Shown: one piece after another, positions 50,980-59,379 of the stretch
How positions within the stretch are numbered: position 1 is the stretch's first letter
Layout: every line of letters starts with the position of its first letter
Assembly: GCA_021824155.1 (NCBI GenBank)
Contig: JAKALN010000001.1
Location: forward strand, 15 to 64,014
DNA from: a bacterium
Lineage (GTDB): Bacteria > Patescibacteriota > Microgenomatia > Levybacterales > UBA12049
DNA: 64,000 bases
Reading direction: 5' to 3'
Program-made: the position numbers and the translations under genes
Notes under the pieces: generated by a model
Databases searched by the model: none
The model's input: the letters and a program-made list of their open reading frames with translations, nothing else
Told to the model about the DNA's origin: nothing

Positions 50980-51333
50980 ATGAAAACTTTTGGCAAACTA
51001 CTCAGAGAAAAAAGAATTGCACTTGGCTTCACTCTCCGTACATTTTGTGGAAGATTTGGGTACGACCCAGCTTATATTAGTAGGCTGGAAAGAAATTTAA
51101 TGCCTGCTCCTGAAAGCAAGGAAAAAATTGAGGCATTGGCTAATGCTCTATCCATAGAAAAAAATAGCCCAGATTGGGTTGAATTTTTTGACCTAGCTTA
51201 CTTGTCGAAAGGAAAAATCCCTGAAGATATTGGCAAAAATGATCATCTCCCACTCTTATTTCGAACTATCAGAGGAAAGAGGCTTTCTAAACAACAACTT
51301 GAAAAGCTAGTAAAGCTTCTAAATGAATCATGA
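50980..51333 (+). CDS. XRE-family HTH regulator (CapH/ImmR-like)
   Basis: FG..LRE.R...G.TLR.F......PAYISRLER...P; leaderless, 6 nt after TGATATAAT. Confidence 0.9.
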   Translation: MKTFGKLLREKRIALGFTLRTFCGRFGYDPAYISRLERNLMPAPESKEKIEALANALSIEKNSPDWVEFFDLAYLSKGKIPEDIGKNDHLPLLFRTIRGKRLSKQQLEKLVKLLNES

Positions 51334-51923
51334 GCTTTACTACAAAACCTATCTCTTATAGAAAGATAGGAGAATTAGCAGAGGATTTTCTATCAAAATA
51401 TCATCCTTCTTTTTCTCTCTCTGTACCCATCGAAGAAATTGCAGAATCTAAACTTGATATTCAAATTGTTCCCGTTGTTGGAATAAAAAAGGATTATGAC
51501 ATGGATGCATCTCTCTGCTCTAATTTCAATACAATTTTCATTGACTATAACTTTTATATGAATCGTGAAAATAGAAGTAGATTTACAATTGCTCATGAGA
51601 TTGGCCATCTTATCTTACATAAAGATTTGTTCGAGTCTCTTAAAATCTTTAATATAGAGGATTTATTTAAAATTTCAGAGTCAATAAGTGATAACGAGTA
51701 TAGATGGATGGAATATCAAGCTTATTCTTTTGCAGGCCATGTATTAGTTCCAAAAAAACTACTAATTGACGAAATAAAGAAAAAGTTGGGTAGAGTACCA
51801 AGCGAAGAAAATCCTGAGTCTCTTTATCCTGTAATTCAAGATCTTTCTGACATCTTTAAGGTCTCTGAGGATGTCATACTTAGACGACTTCAAAAAGAAA
51901 AAATGGTAAAGAGCAATCATTAA
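51330..51923 (+). CDS. ImmA/IrrE (CapP-like) Zn metallopeptidase
   Basis: VPIE.IA, R.RFTIAHEIGH..LH, EYQA..FA..VL.P, F.VS. Confidence 0.92.
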   Translation: MSFTTKPISYRKIGELAEDFLSKYHPSFSLSVPIEEIAESKLDIQIVPVVGIKKDYDMDASLCSNFNTIFIDYNFYMNRENRSRFTIAHEIGHLILHKDLFESLKIFNIEDLFKISESISDNEYRWMEYQAYSFAGHVLVPKKLLIDEIKKKLGRVPSEENPESLYPVIQDLSDIFKVSEDVILRRLQKEKMVKSNH

Positions 51924-51924
51924 C

Positions 51925-52548
51925 CTAATGATTGAGTTCTATTCCCGAAGCATCATTGATGGAAAGAGTTTCACTGCAACTGTTGAAACTTCCCGTAACC
52001 AAAACCGAAGTATTATTAAAAGGAACGAGGTTTATGTTTTCGTTAAATGGAATATTTAAAGTCGTTCCGTCGGTCTTTACCAAAATTGTCCTGTTGATAA
52101 TTTTCGATGAACTATGAACCATAAGAATTGTGTCGATGAGCGAAAGCGGACCATTATATATTTCCCTGTAATTTAAAACTTTTATTGTTCCTATGTGGGT
52201 TTGCACACCTTTATCGCAGATTACCCGGTTTCCTCCAAAAAGTCCGAAAACCGAAAGGACTAAAATAACCCCTGCAATTCCCAAACTGCCTTTAAGTGTA
52301 AAAGAAAAAGCTTTTTGGTTTTTTATTTCCTCCAAAAGCTCTATTACACGTCTTAGCGGATTTCCGATTCTAATATCAAGGAGGTCTTCCTGATCTTTGT
52401 AATTGCCGGTGTGGCTGGCAAGGAAAGTAGACAGTGGATCGTGGAGGTTAGAAAGACCGGGAACTTTAATAAAGTGACCTTTCTCGTCGCGGGGACGAGA
52501 AGATGCAACTTCTCCTTTGAGTTTATCTTTGGCTTGAGCACTAGCCAT
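51925..52548 (-). CDS. hypothetical single-TM protein
   Basis: 207 aa, N-terminal RPRDEKGHF motif, central TM, beta-rich C-terminus. Confidence 0.65.
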   Translation of the reverse strand: MASAQAKDKLKGEVASSRPRDEKGHFIKVPGLSNLHDPLSTFLASHTGNYKDQEDLLDIRIGNPLRRVIELLEEIKNQKAFSFTLKGSLGIAGVILVLSVFGLFGGNRVICDKGVQTHIGTIKVLNYREIYNGPLSLIDTILMVHSSSKIINRTILVKTDGTTLNIPFNENINLVPFNNTSVLVTGSFNSCSETLSINDASGIELNH

Positions 52549-52570
52549 ACCTTAAATATAACATAAACTT

Positions 52571-53063
52571 TTGATGGTGGACAATGGAAACTGGAAGCTA
52601 GAACTTGAAGCTTGATGATAGAAGGTAGATAATAAGTTAAAGTGATTAAAACCTTTCGTGATTTAGAGGTTTACAACGAATCCTACTCCTTAATGATTCT
52701 TGCTCACAAATTAGCAAAAACTCTTCCCGTCTATGAACGTAATGATTTGGCTTCTCAAATAAGAAGAGCTTCAAAATCTTGTCCTGCTAATATTGCAGAG
52801 GGTTGGGCTAAAAGGAGATTTGAAAAAGAATTTAAACACCATTTGGATAGCGCAATCGGTTCAGCAAACGAAATGGAAGTACATATAGAAACCGCAAGAG
52901 ACTTGGGATATTTACAAGAAAATTTTTCAAACGATATTCTGGTTCGATACCAAAAACTAGGCGGGAAATTAAGAAATCTGCAAAGAAACTGGAAAACATA
53001 CTAATCAAATGTCTATCCTCTAACCTCGAAATCCAACTTCTATCTTCCACCGTCTACATTCAA
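52571..53063 (+). mobile_element. heptamer palindromic element carrying a four-helix-bundle gene (copy B)
   Basis: left arm 52571-52629 TTGA TGGTGGA CAATGGA AACTGGA AGCTAGA ACTTGA AGCTTGA TGATAGA AGGTAGA; right arm 53012-53063 TCTATCC TCTAACC TCGAAA TCCAACT TCTATCT TCCACCG TCTACAT TCAA; mobility is inferred, not shown. Confidence 0.65.
52642..53004 (+). CDS. four helix bundle protein (23S rRNA IVP / bAvd-like family)
   Basis: F.DL.VY, LP..E...L.SQIRRAS.S...NIAEG, F...L..A.GS..E......A.DLGY. Confidence 0.93.
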   Translation: MIKTFRDLEVYNESYSLMILAHKLAKTLPVYERNDLASQIRRASKSCPANIAEGWAKRRFEKEFKHHLDSAIGSANEMEVHIETARDLGYLQENFSNDILVRYQKLGGKLRNLQRNWKTY

Positions 53064-53091
53064 ATTATGCTCCGCATGGTATAATTAGCGC

Positions 53092-53412
53092 ATGGCAGAA
53101 GGACTGGAAGCCCATATTACACCGGATGAGGCTTTTTGGAAAAAACCTCCAATACCTGAAAAAGAAAAGCCTTTAAATTTAAAAGAAAAGGCTTTTTATC
53201 TTGCATTGGACTCCTTTCCCGAAGCAACCCAAAACCTTATAGCCTCTTTATCCACAAGTTTTTTAGAAGCAGACGTTTATAACGAATTTAAAAACAGCAA
53301 AGGAAGCATCAGTTCTTTAAGAAAGAGGTTAAAAGGCCAAGGTTTAATGCAGGAGCAAGTAGAGCTTGTTCTTGATTTTTTCAAGCTGCCTTACGAAAGT
53401 CCAAAAAGATGA
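53092..53412 (+). CDS. hypothetical protein, candidate Fic antitoxin
   Basis: leaderless, ATGA-coupled to the Fic gene; contains TSFLEA, close to the (S/T)xxxE(G/N) inhibitory motif. Confidence 0.55.
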   Translation: MAEGLEAHITPDEAFWKKPPIPEKEKPLNLKEKAFYLALDSFPEATQNLIASLSTSFLEADVYNEFKNSKGSISSLRKRLKGQGLMQEQVELVLDFFKLPYESPKR

Positions 53413-54134
53413 GTCCAGATAAGCCATCCCACCAGCTGCAAGAATTAGGAAACGAATTTAAATGCCAGAAATTGGTTAATCAATGGCTTGGCGACCATAT
53501 CCCAAGCAGCCAAATTATTCCCCATCTGCATAAACAGCTTATGGACGGAAGTGACGACTACGCAAAAAAAGGGATATTACCAGTACCGCCCGGAGTTTAC
53601 AGGAATATAGACGTTGCAACCGACGGGGAACCTGCAAATTACTACGCATTTGGCCTTGACGTTGCCCCCGCTATGGGAAAATATACCAAAGACCTTGATA
53701 ATTTACTCCGAAACTTACCAAGAAACCCTATTGGAAATATTGATTCTATAGTAGAAAACGCCGCAAGATATTATTACGCTTTTGAAAGAATACATCCTTT
53801 CCTGGACGGAAACGGAAGAATTGGAAGAATGATTTTAAAAAGGATATTAAGGGGCGCCGGCCTAAAAGATTTGGTTTTTAGGTCCGATTTGGGCAAAGGA
53901 AGAAACGCTCATCTGGACGCAATAAAAGCGGTAAACAGATCGGGAAACATTGCATACATAGAAATTTATCTGTTAGACCAGATCGGCTTAAGGTATATGG
54001 GAGAAAGGGACGAAAATTTTTCCCTCGAAATCCAAAGAGCCCGCCGGAAAAAAACCGATAACATACAAAACCAGAAATACCCTTATCCCGTAACTGATAT
54101 TTGGGAAGGGTTTAAAGGTTTAGACATCGCATAA
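53409..54134 (+). CDS. Fic family protein (AMP transferase motif)
   Basis: LHK.LM, PG.YR...V, HPFLDGNGRIGR. Confidence 0.92.
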   Translation: MSPDKPSHQLQELGNEFKCQKLVNQWLGDHIPSSQIIPHLHKQLMDGSDDYAKKGILPVPPGVYRNIDVATDGEPANYYAFGLDVAPAMGKYTKDLDNLLRNLPRNPIGNIDSIVENAARYYYAFERIHPFLDGNGRIGRMILKRILRGAGLKDLVFRSDLGKGRNAHLDAIKAVNRSGNIAYIEIYLLDQIGLRYMGERDENFSLEIQRARRKKTDNIQNQKYPYPVTDIWEGFKGLDIA

Positions 54135-54222
54135 ATTATATACAAGAAATTTGATGATAGACCAAACTTCTAACTTCAAATAAATCAAATCGGGCTTTGG
54201 AATCTGGTATAATGAGTATTAA

Positions 54223-54341
54223 TTGAGGATGGACAGTGGAAGCTAGAAACTGGACCTTGATGTTAGAAGATGGAGGCTTGAATCTGACTTCTAACTTCCA
54301 ACTTCTATATCTAACTTCAAGCATCTACTGTCTACTCTCAA
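54223..54341. repeat. empty TTGA...TCAA heptamer palindromic element (copy C), in the alaS leader
   Basis: left TTGA GGATGGA CAGTGGA AGCTAGA AACTGGA CCTTGA TGTTAGA AGATGGA GGCTTGA; right TCTGACT TCTAACT TCCAACT TCTATA TCTAACT TCAAGCA TCTACTG TCTACTC TCAA; follows TGGTATAAT at ~54205-54213. Confidence 0.9.
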
Positions 54342-54351
54342 AATATTTTCG

Positions 54352-56124
54352 ATGAATATAAAAGAGATTATTGATGTTTATATAAGTTTTTTTGAAAAAC
54401 GCGGGCATAAGAGAATTGCAAATTCTCCGCTTGTCCCGGAAAACGACCCTACTACCCTTTTTACATCATCGGGTATGCAGCCTTTAATCCCATATCTTTT
54501 GGGAGAAAAACACCCCCAAGGAGACAGGCTTGTTGACGTACAAAATTGTTTTAGGGCAGTTGATATAGACGAAGTTGGTGATAATCGTCACACAACTTTT
54601 TTCAGGATGCTTGGAAATTGGAGTCTGGGAAGTTATTTTAAAAAAGAGGAAATCCCAATGCTTTGGGAATTTTTAACTAAAGAACTAAACCTTCCCAAAG
54701 AAAAACTTTATATAACAGTATTTGCCGGAGACGGAGGGGTTGGAAAAGATAACGAAGCTTTTGAAATTTGGAAAACGCTTGTTCCCGAAAATAAAATTTT
54801 CTTTGCGGGAGTTGATAAAAATTGGTGGTCTAGAAGCGGAGTGCCGGATAATATGCCCGTAGGCGAACCTGGCGGGCCCGATACCGAAGTTTATTACAGA
54901 TTTGACGATTTAAAACATAACTCTGAGTGCAAAGATAACCCCGTTGAATGCGAATGCGGAAAGTTTTTGGAAATCGCAAACTCTGTTTTTATGCAGTATC
55001 TAAAAACAGAAGAAGGATTTAAGGAATTACCCCAGAAAAACGTAGATTTTGGAGGAGGAGTCGAAAGACTTTTGGCAGCAGTTGAAGACAAACCGGATAT
55101 CTTCCAAACCTCCCTGCTCTATCCCGTTATAAAAACTATTGAAAAACAAACGGGAGCTTCTTATGGAATTAAGAATTATGAATTAAGAATTATGACCGAC
55201 CATTTGGTTGCGGGAGTTTTTATTTCAAGCGCAAACGTTAAGCCTTCAAACAAAGAAAGAGGATATATTTTAAGAAGGTTGCTTAGAAGAAGCTTTGATA
55301 ACTTATACAAACTTAAAACTGAAAACTTAGAACCTATAATTGAAACAATAGTCCAGCAATATAAAGATACGGATCCGTATTTGATAAATAATTTTGAGGA
55401 AATTAAATTTACAATTTTGGAGGAAGAAAAAAATTATAAAGGAACACTTTCGCGGGCAAAAACTTTTATCGACAAAAAATATCCCGGAAAAGAAGCGGAA
55501 GGCGTTAAAGAAATTTCCGCCGAAGATGCTTTCCTTTTGTATTCAACCCACGGACTTTCCCCAACCCAAATAAGAAGTTTGGGGTACGTTTTTAAGGAAG
55601 AAGATTTTGCGGTTTTAATGGAAGAGCACCAAAAATTATCAAGACTTGGTGCTTCACAAAAATTCAGGGGAGGGCTTGCGGATACAAATGAGCGGACAAT
55701 AATGGGACATACGGCAACCCACCTTTTACATAAAGCCTTAAGGGATATGTTTGGAGACCAACTTCACCAGACAGGAAGCAATATTACAACAGAGAGGCTA
55801 AGGTTTGATTTTAATTTTGACAGAAAATTAACCGGGGAAGAAATAGAAAAATTGGAAGATGTTGTTAACGGAAAAATAAAGGAAAACCTTCCGGTGCATT
55901 TTGAAATAATGCCGTTAAAAAGGGCAAAAGAACTGGGGGCAATAGGCCTTTTTGACGAAAAGTACGAAAATGACGTAAAAGTTTATTTTGTAGGCGATTA
56001 TTCAAAAGAGTTTTGCGGAGGCCCGCATGTAGATTTTACATCGAAGCTAAAAAGGTTTAAGATAATAAAACAGGAAAATATAGGTAACCGCCAAAGAAGA
56101 ATTTATGCGGTGGTCGGCGAATAA
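54352..56124 (+). CDS. alaS: alanine--tRNA ligase (short form lacking C-Ala)
   Basis: DPTTLFT.SGMQP, RH.TFF.MLGNWS.G.YFK, HTATHLLH, EFCGGPHV. Confidence 0.97.
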   Translation: MNIKEIIDVYISFFEKRGHKRIANSPLVPENDPTTLFTSSGMQPLIPYLLGEKHPQGDRLVDVQNCFRAVDIDEVGDNRHTTFFRMLGNWSLGSYFKKEEIPMLWEFLTKELNLPKEKLYITVFAGDGGVGKDNEAFEIWKTLVPENKIFFAGVDKNWWSRSGVPDNMPVGEPGGPDTEVYYRFDDLKHNSECKDNPVECECGKFLEIANSVFMQYLKTEEGFKELPQKNVDFGGGVERLLAAVEDKPDIFQTSLLYPVIKTIEKQTGASYGIKNYELRIMTDHLVAGVFISSANVKPSNKERGYILRRLLRRSFDNLYKLKTENLEPIIETIVQQYKDTDPYLINNFEEIKFTILEEEKNYKGTLSRAKTFIDKKYPGKEAEGVKEISAEDAFLLYSTHGLSPTQIRSLGYVFKEEDFAVLMEEHQKLSRLGASQKFRGGLADTNERTIMGHTATHLLHKALRDMFGDQLHQTGSNITTERLRFDFNFDRKLTGEEIEKLEDVVNGKIKENLPVHFEIMPLKRAKELGAIGLFDEKYENDVKVYFVGDYSKEFCGGPHVDFTSKLKRFKIIKQENIGNRQRRIYAVVGE

Positions 56125-56127
56125 ACT

Positions 56128-58512
56128 ATGAACTTACCCAAACTTTCTTTTTTAGATAAAAAAGAAAAACCCGAATATTACCTTGCGCTAGTACTTCGAA
56201 ACGAAAAAGCTGTCGCGGTTATTCTAGAAGAACTGGAAAGAAAACTCAGAGTAATTTCAACAGGCGAAGAATCTTTTCCGGACTCCGTTGAAAACGCCAC
56301 AACCGAGGAATTTTTGAATACCTTAGATAAAGCAATTTCCCAAGCCGAAGAAACGCTTCCCAATAACGTTGAACCCCAAAAAACAATTTTCGGGCTTAAA
56401 GCATCGTGGGTCGAAGAAAATAAAATTAAAAAAGAATATTTGGACAAACTTAAAAAAGCAGGAAGCGAGTTAGTCCTTACACCTATTGGATTTCTTGTTT
56501 TAAACGAGGCTGTTGTCAGCCTTATACAAAAAGAGGAAGGGGCCCCTATTACCGCAGTCCTTGCAGAAATCGGAACAAAATATATGAGCGTTTCCCTTGT
56601 AAAAGCGGGGAAAATTATCGAAACAAAAAGTTCGGAAATACACGAATCCCCTTCTTATACAATTGACACTTTATTAAAACATTTCGAATCACCGGAAATC
56701 CTTCCTTCAAGAATTATTGTTTATGCGGCAGAGGAAGAAACAGTTCAGGAATTAACAGGCCACCAATGGAGCAAAAGCCTTCCGTTTTTGCACCTTCCCC
56801 AAGTTGTAAACCTTGACTCGAATTTTGACGCAAACGCAATGCTTCTTGGGACGGGAGCCCAAATGGGGCTTGGAATAATAACAGGCTACAAAAAAAAGGA
56901 AGAAGGCGAGGTTACAAGACTTGAACCCGCACTTGTAAATGAAATTGCCGACACCGAGGAAAAAGAAGAAACAGCCGAAGAAATTATTACCGAACAAACC
57001 GAAGAGCCAAAACTTGAAGAAGAAAATATTCAGGATTTAAACGATACCGTTTCGCCCGAATTTTTCGGATTTTTGGAAAACGAGGATATAGCAAAAATAC
57101 CCCGGCCGGAGGAGGCAGAAATTGAGCCTGAAATTAAAACTGCAAACCATGAACTGTCTTCGGATTCTATAGAAGGTTTTGACAGGGAGGAATCCCGGGC
57201 AGAAGAAATAGAAGAAATTCCCCAAAATTTAATGCTTAAAGAAGAAAAAAAACAGGTTTCCGGAAGATTTTTGGCCGTCCTGCCTCTTGCAAAACAAACT
57301 TTTGAAAAACTTTTAAAAGCTTTTAAAAAAATTCCGGTTAAAAATCTAAATATTCCTTTTCTAAAAAATACTGCGGGAGGAAAAGGAATTCTTTTGGCAA
57401 TACCCGGAGGGCTTATTGTCCTTGTAATTTTACTTTTCTTTTTCTTTTACCTTTTTGCCTCCCATGCAATAGTTACCTTAAACGTTAAGCCGGATATCTC
57501 CGAAAAAGACCAAACCGTAACTTTTTCGGCCAACTCTCCTACCGATGTTAAAAACAATGTTCTTGCCGCGCAATTTGTAACGGTTTCCGAAGACGGAACC
57601 GATACAACTCAAACAACGGGACAAAAACAAACCGGAAATATAGCAAAAGGCACGGTTACGGTATTTAACAACGCCCAAGAACCGGTAACTCTTTCCCAGG
57701 GGACAAAAATAACGTCCTCAAACGGCCTTGATTTTACTTTGGACAGCGGCGTTTCTGTTGCCTCGGCGTCGGGAGACCCTTTTTCGGGTACCAAGCCGGC
57801 AACCGCAAATGTAAACGTTACGGCATCTACTTTCGGGACAAACTATAATCTTCCATCGGGTACCGTATTTTCCATAGGAAGTAACCCGACGATTGCGGCA
57901 AAAAACGACAATCCTTTTTCGGGAGGGACAACCAAAAATATTACCGTAGTTTCCAAAGACGACACTGCCAAACTTTTAACAGACCTTCCAAAAAAACTTG
58001 AAGATAAAGCAAAAAACGACTTAAACGGCAAGGTATCGGCAGACTTTGCTCTTTTACCGGGATTTGTTTCCGAAACGGTCGATAAACAAAGTTTTGATAA
58101 AAATGCGGGAGACCAGGCCGATAATGTTACCTTAACCGGAACAGTTACATACCAGGCAATTTCCTACAGTAAAAACGACATTGTTAATTTAGCCCTTAAC
58201 CTTTTTAATTCAAACGATATAACAATAAACAAAGACAATTTAAACGTTAACGTCAAAAATATAAAATCCAAAGACCAAAGCAATGTTAGCGCCGATCTTA
58301 ATATCCAGGCTTTCCTGCTTCCAAAAATCGACCAAGGCTCTTTGGCAAAACAAATAGCGGGACAACCGTCCGGAAAAGCCCAAAGCCTTCTTGGCAGCAT
58401 TTCCCATGTTTCAAGCGTTAATATTACGGTTAACCCCCATATTCCGCTTCTTCCCAAGTTACTGCCTAAAAATTCCAAGAATATTAGCTTTGAAATAAAA
58501 CTTAATGGGTAA
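56128..58512 (+). CDS. membrane protein: FtsA/actin-like N-terminal domain, acidic linker, TM, baseplate-J-like extracellular domain
   Basis: N-terminal ~250 aa alpha/beta region, Glu-rich spacer, TM near aa 425-445, A.GTVTVFN...L..GT......G..F and A...G..YN...N...FSGG motifs. Confidence 0.65.
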   Translation: MNLPKLSFLDKKEKPEYYLALVLRNEKAVAVILEELERKLRVISTGEESFPDSVENATTEEFLNTLDKAISQAEETLPNNVEPQKTIFGLKASWVEENKIKKEYLDKLKKAGSELVLTPIGFLVLNEAVVSLIQKEEGAPITAVLAEIGTKYMSVSLVKAGKIIETKSSEIHESPSYTIDTLLKHFESPEILPSRIIVYAAEEETVQELTGHQWSKSLPFLHLPQVVNLDSNFDANAMLLGTGAQMGLGIITGYKKKEEGEVTRLEPALVNEIADTEEKEETAEEIITEQTEEPKLEEENIQDLNDTVSPEFFGFLENEDIAKIPRPEEAEIEPEIKTANHELSSDSIEGFDREESRAEEIEEIPQNLMLKEEKKQVSGRFLAVLPLAKQTFEKLLKAFKKIPVKNLNIPFLKNTAGGKGILLAIPGGLIVLVILLFFFFYLFASHAIVTLNVKPDISEKDQTVTFSANSPTDVKNNVLAAQFVTVSEDGTDTTQTTGQKQTGNIAKGTVTVFNNAQEPVTLSQGTKITSSNGLDFTLDSGVSVASASGDPFSGTKPATANVNVTASTFGTNYNLPSGTVFSIGSNPTIAAKNDNPFSGGTTKNITVVSKDDTAKLLTDLPKKLEDKAKNDLNGKVSADFALLPGFVSETVDKQSFDKNAGDQADNVTLTGTVTYQAISYSKNDIVNLALNLFNSNDITINKDNLNVNVKNIKSKDQSNVSADLNIQAFLLPKIDQGSLAKQIAGQPSGKAQSLLGSISHVSSVNITVNPHIPLLPKLLPKNSKNISFEIKLNG

Positions 58513-59233
58513 ATATTATTACAAAAAGGCTTCGGGTAAAAAACTTAAAAGAATTGCCAGAGGTTTTAGTCTTTTTATCGTTTTACTGGGTTTGGGAATT
58601 GCGCTTTATGTATTTTTTCCTCTTTTGTCGTGGCAGATTTATTTTGCGCCCGCCTTCGCAGCCCAGGATATTGCGGTCCCGATTCCAAAAGCTACACTTG
58701 TAAACGGGGACACCATTAGGAGTTTAATTTCCGAAGCTTCCCAGGGGCTAAGCGGAGTTGACTACAATAACGCCGAAAACTGGTTTCCCGGATATAAATA
58801 CCAGAAAGGAACCCCCACTGTTGACAGTTATACAATGGCAATCCCCAAGCTTAACATACAAAATGCCGTTGTTTCCGCGTCCGATGACGACCTTTCCAAA
58901 CATCTTGTAAATTTGGGGGGCACAACTATCCCTCCGCAAAAAGGAAACGCCGTGGTTTTCGGCCATTCAACGCTTCCCCAGCTTTTTGACCCGAACAATT
59001 ACAAGACTATTTTTGCCCGGGCGTACGAGCTTAAAGTAGGAGATAATATATTTGTAACCGTTTCGGGAACAACTTATAAATATACAATATTTAGCATTAC
59101 CGTTGTTGACCCTAACGATACTTCGGTTTTGGAGCAGGATTACAGCGATAACGTCTTAACGCTTATTACCTGTACCCCTCCGGGTACAATCTGGAAAAGG
59201 CTTATTATACGCTCGAGGCTTACTCAAATATAA
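58505..59233 (+). CDS. sortase
   Basis: N-terminal TM, IPKL.I, GN.V.FGHS, LTLITCTP, R.I. Confidence 0.92.
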   Translation: MGKYYYKKASGKKLKRIARGFSLFIVLLGLGIALYVFFPLLSWQIYFAPAFAAQDIAVPIPKATLVNGDTIRSLISEASQGLSGVDYNNAENWFPGYKYQKGTPTVDSYTMAIPKLNIQNAVVSASDDDLSKHLVNLGGTTIPPQKGNAVVFGHSTLPQLFDPNNYKTIFARAYELKVGDNIFVTVSGTTYKYTIFSITVVDPNDTSVLEQDYSDNVLTLITCTPPGTIWKRLIIRSRLTQI

Positions 59234-59234
59234 T

Positions 59235-59378
59235 ATGGAAGAAAAAAACGCAATAAAACAATTTATAACAAATCTCTGGCCTTCGGTTTATAGAATAATA
59301 AATATTTTATTTTATTCCGTAATTTCCCTTCTTAAAAAATTTTTTTACCTTGCAATAAAACAAATTAAAGAAGCCTAA
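59235..59378 (+). CDS. small amphipathic protein (47 aa, not in ORF track)
   Basis: MEEKNAIKQFITNLWPSVYRIINILFYSVISLLKKFFYLAIKQIKEA; fills the gap with 1-nt spacers on both sides. Confidence 0.65.
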   Translation: MEEKNAIKQFITNLWPSVYRIINILFYSVISLLKKFFYLAIKQIKEA

Positions 59379-59379
59379 T

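Noticed and set aside
52642-53004. Diversity-generating retroelement or rRNA intervening sequence
   Set aside because: An Avd-like fold is present, but there is no reverse transcriptase, TR/VR pair or rRNA gene in the window.
54136-54324. 62 aa ORF (and the similar 52832-53050 ORF)
   Set aside because: Read-through of heptamer repeat arms; LEVR-type periodic pseudo-peptides.
50980-58512. Prophage (repressor/ImmA pair, baseplate-J-like domain)
   Set aside because: No integrase, terminase, capsid or tail genes; the regulators face the Ubl operon and the baseplate-like gene is in a housekeeping operon.
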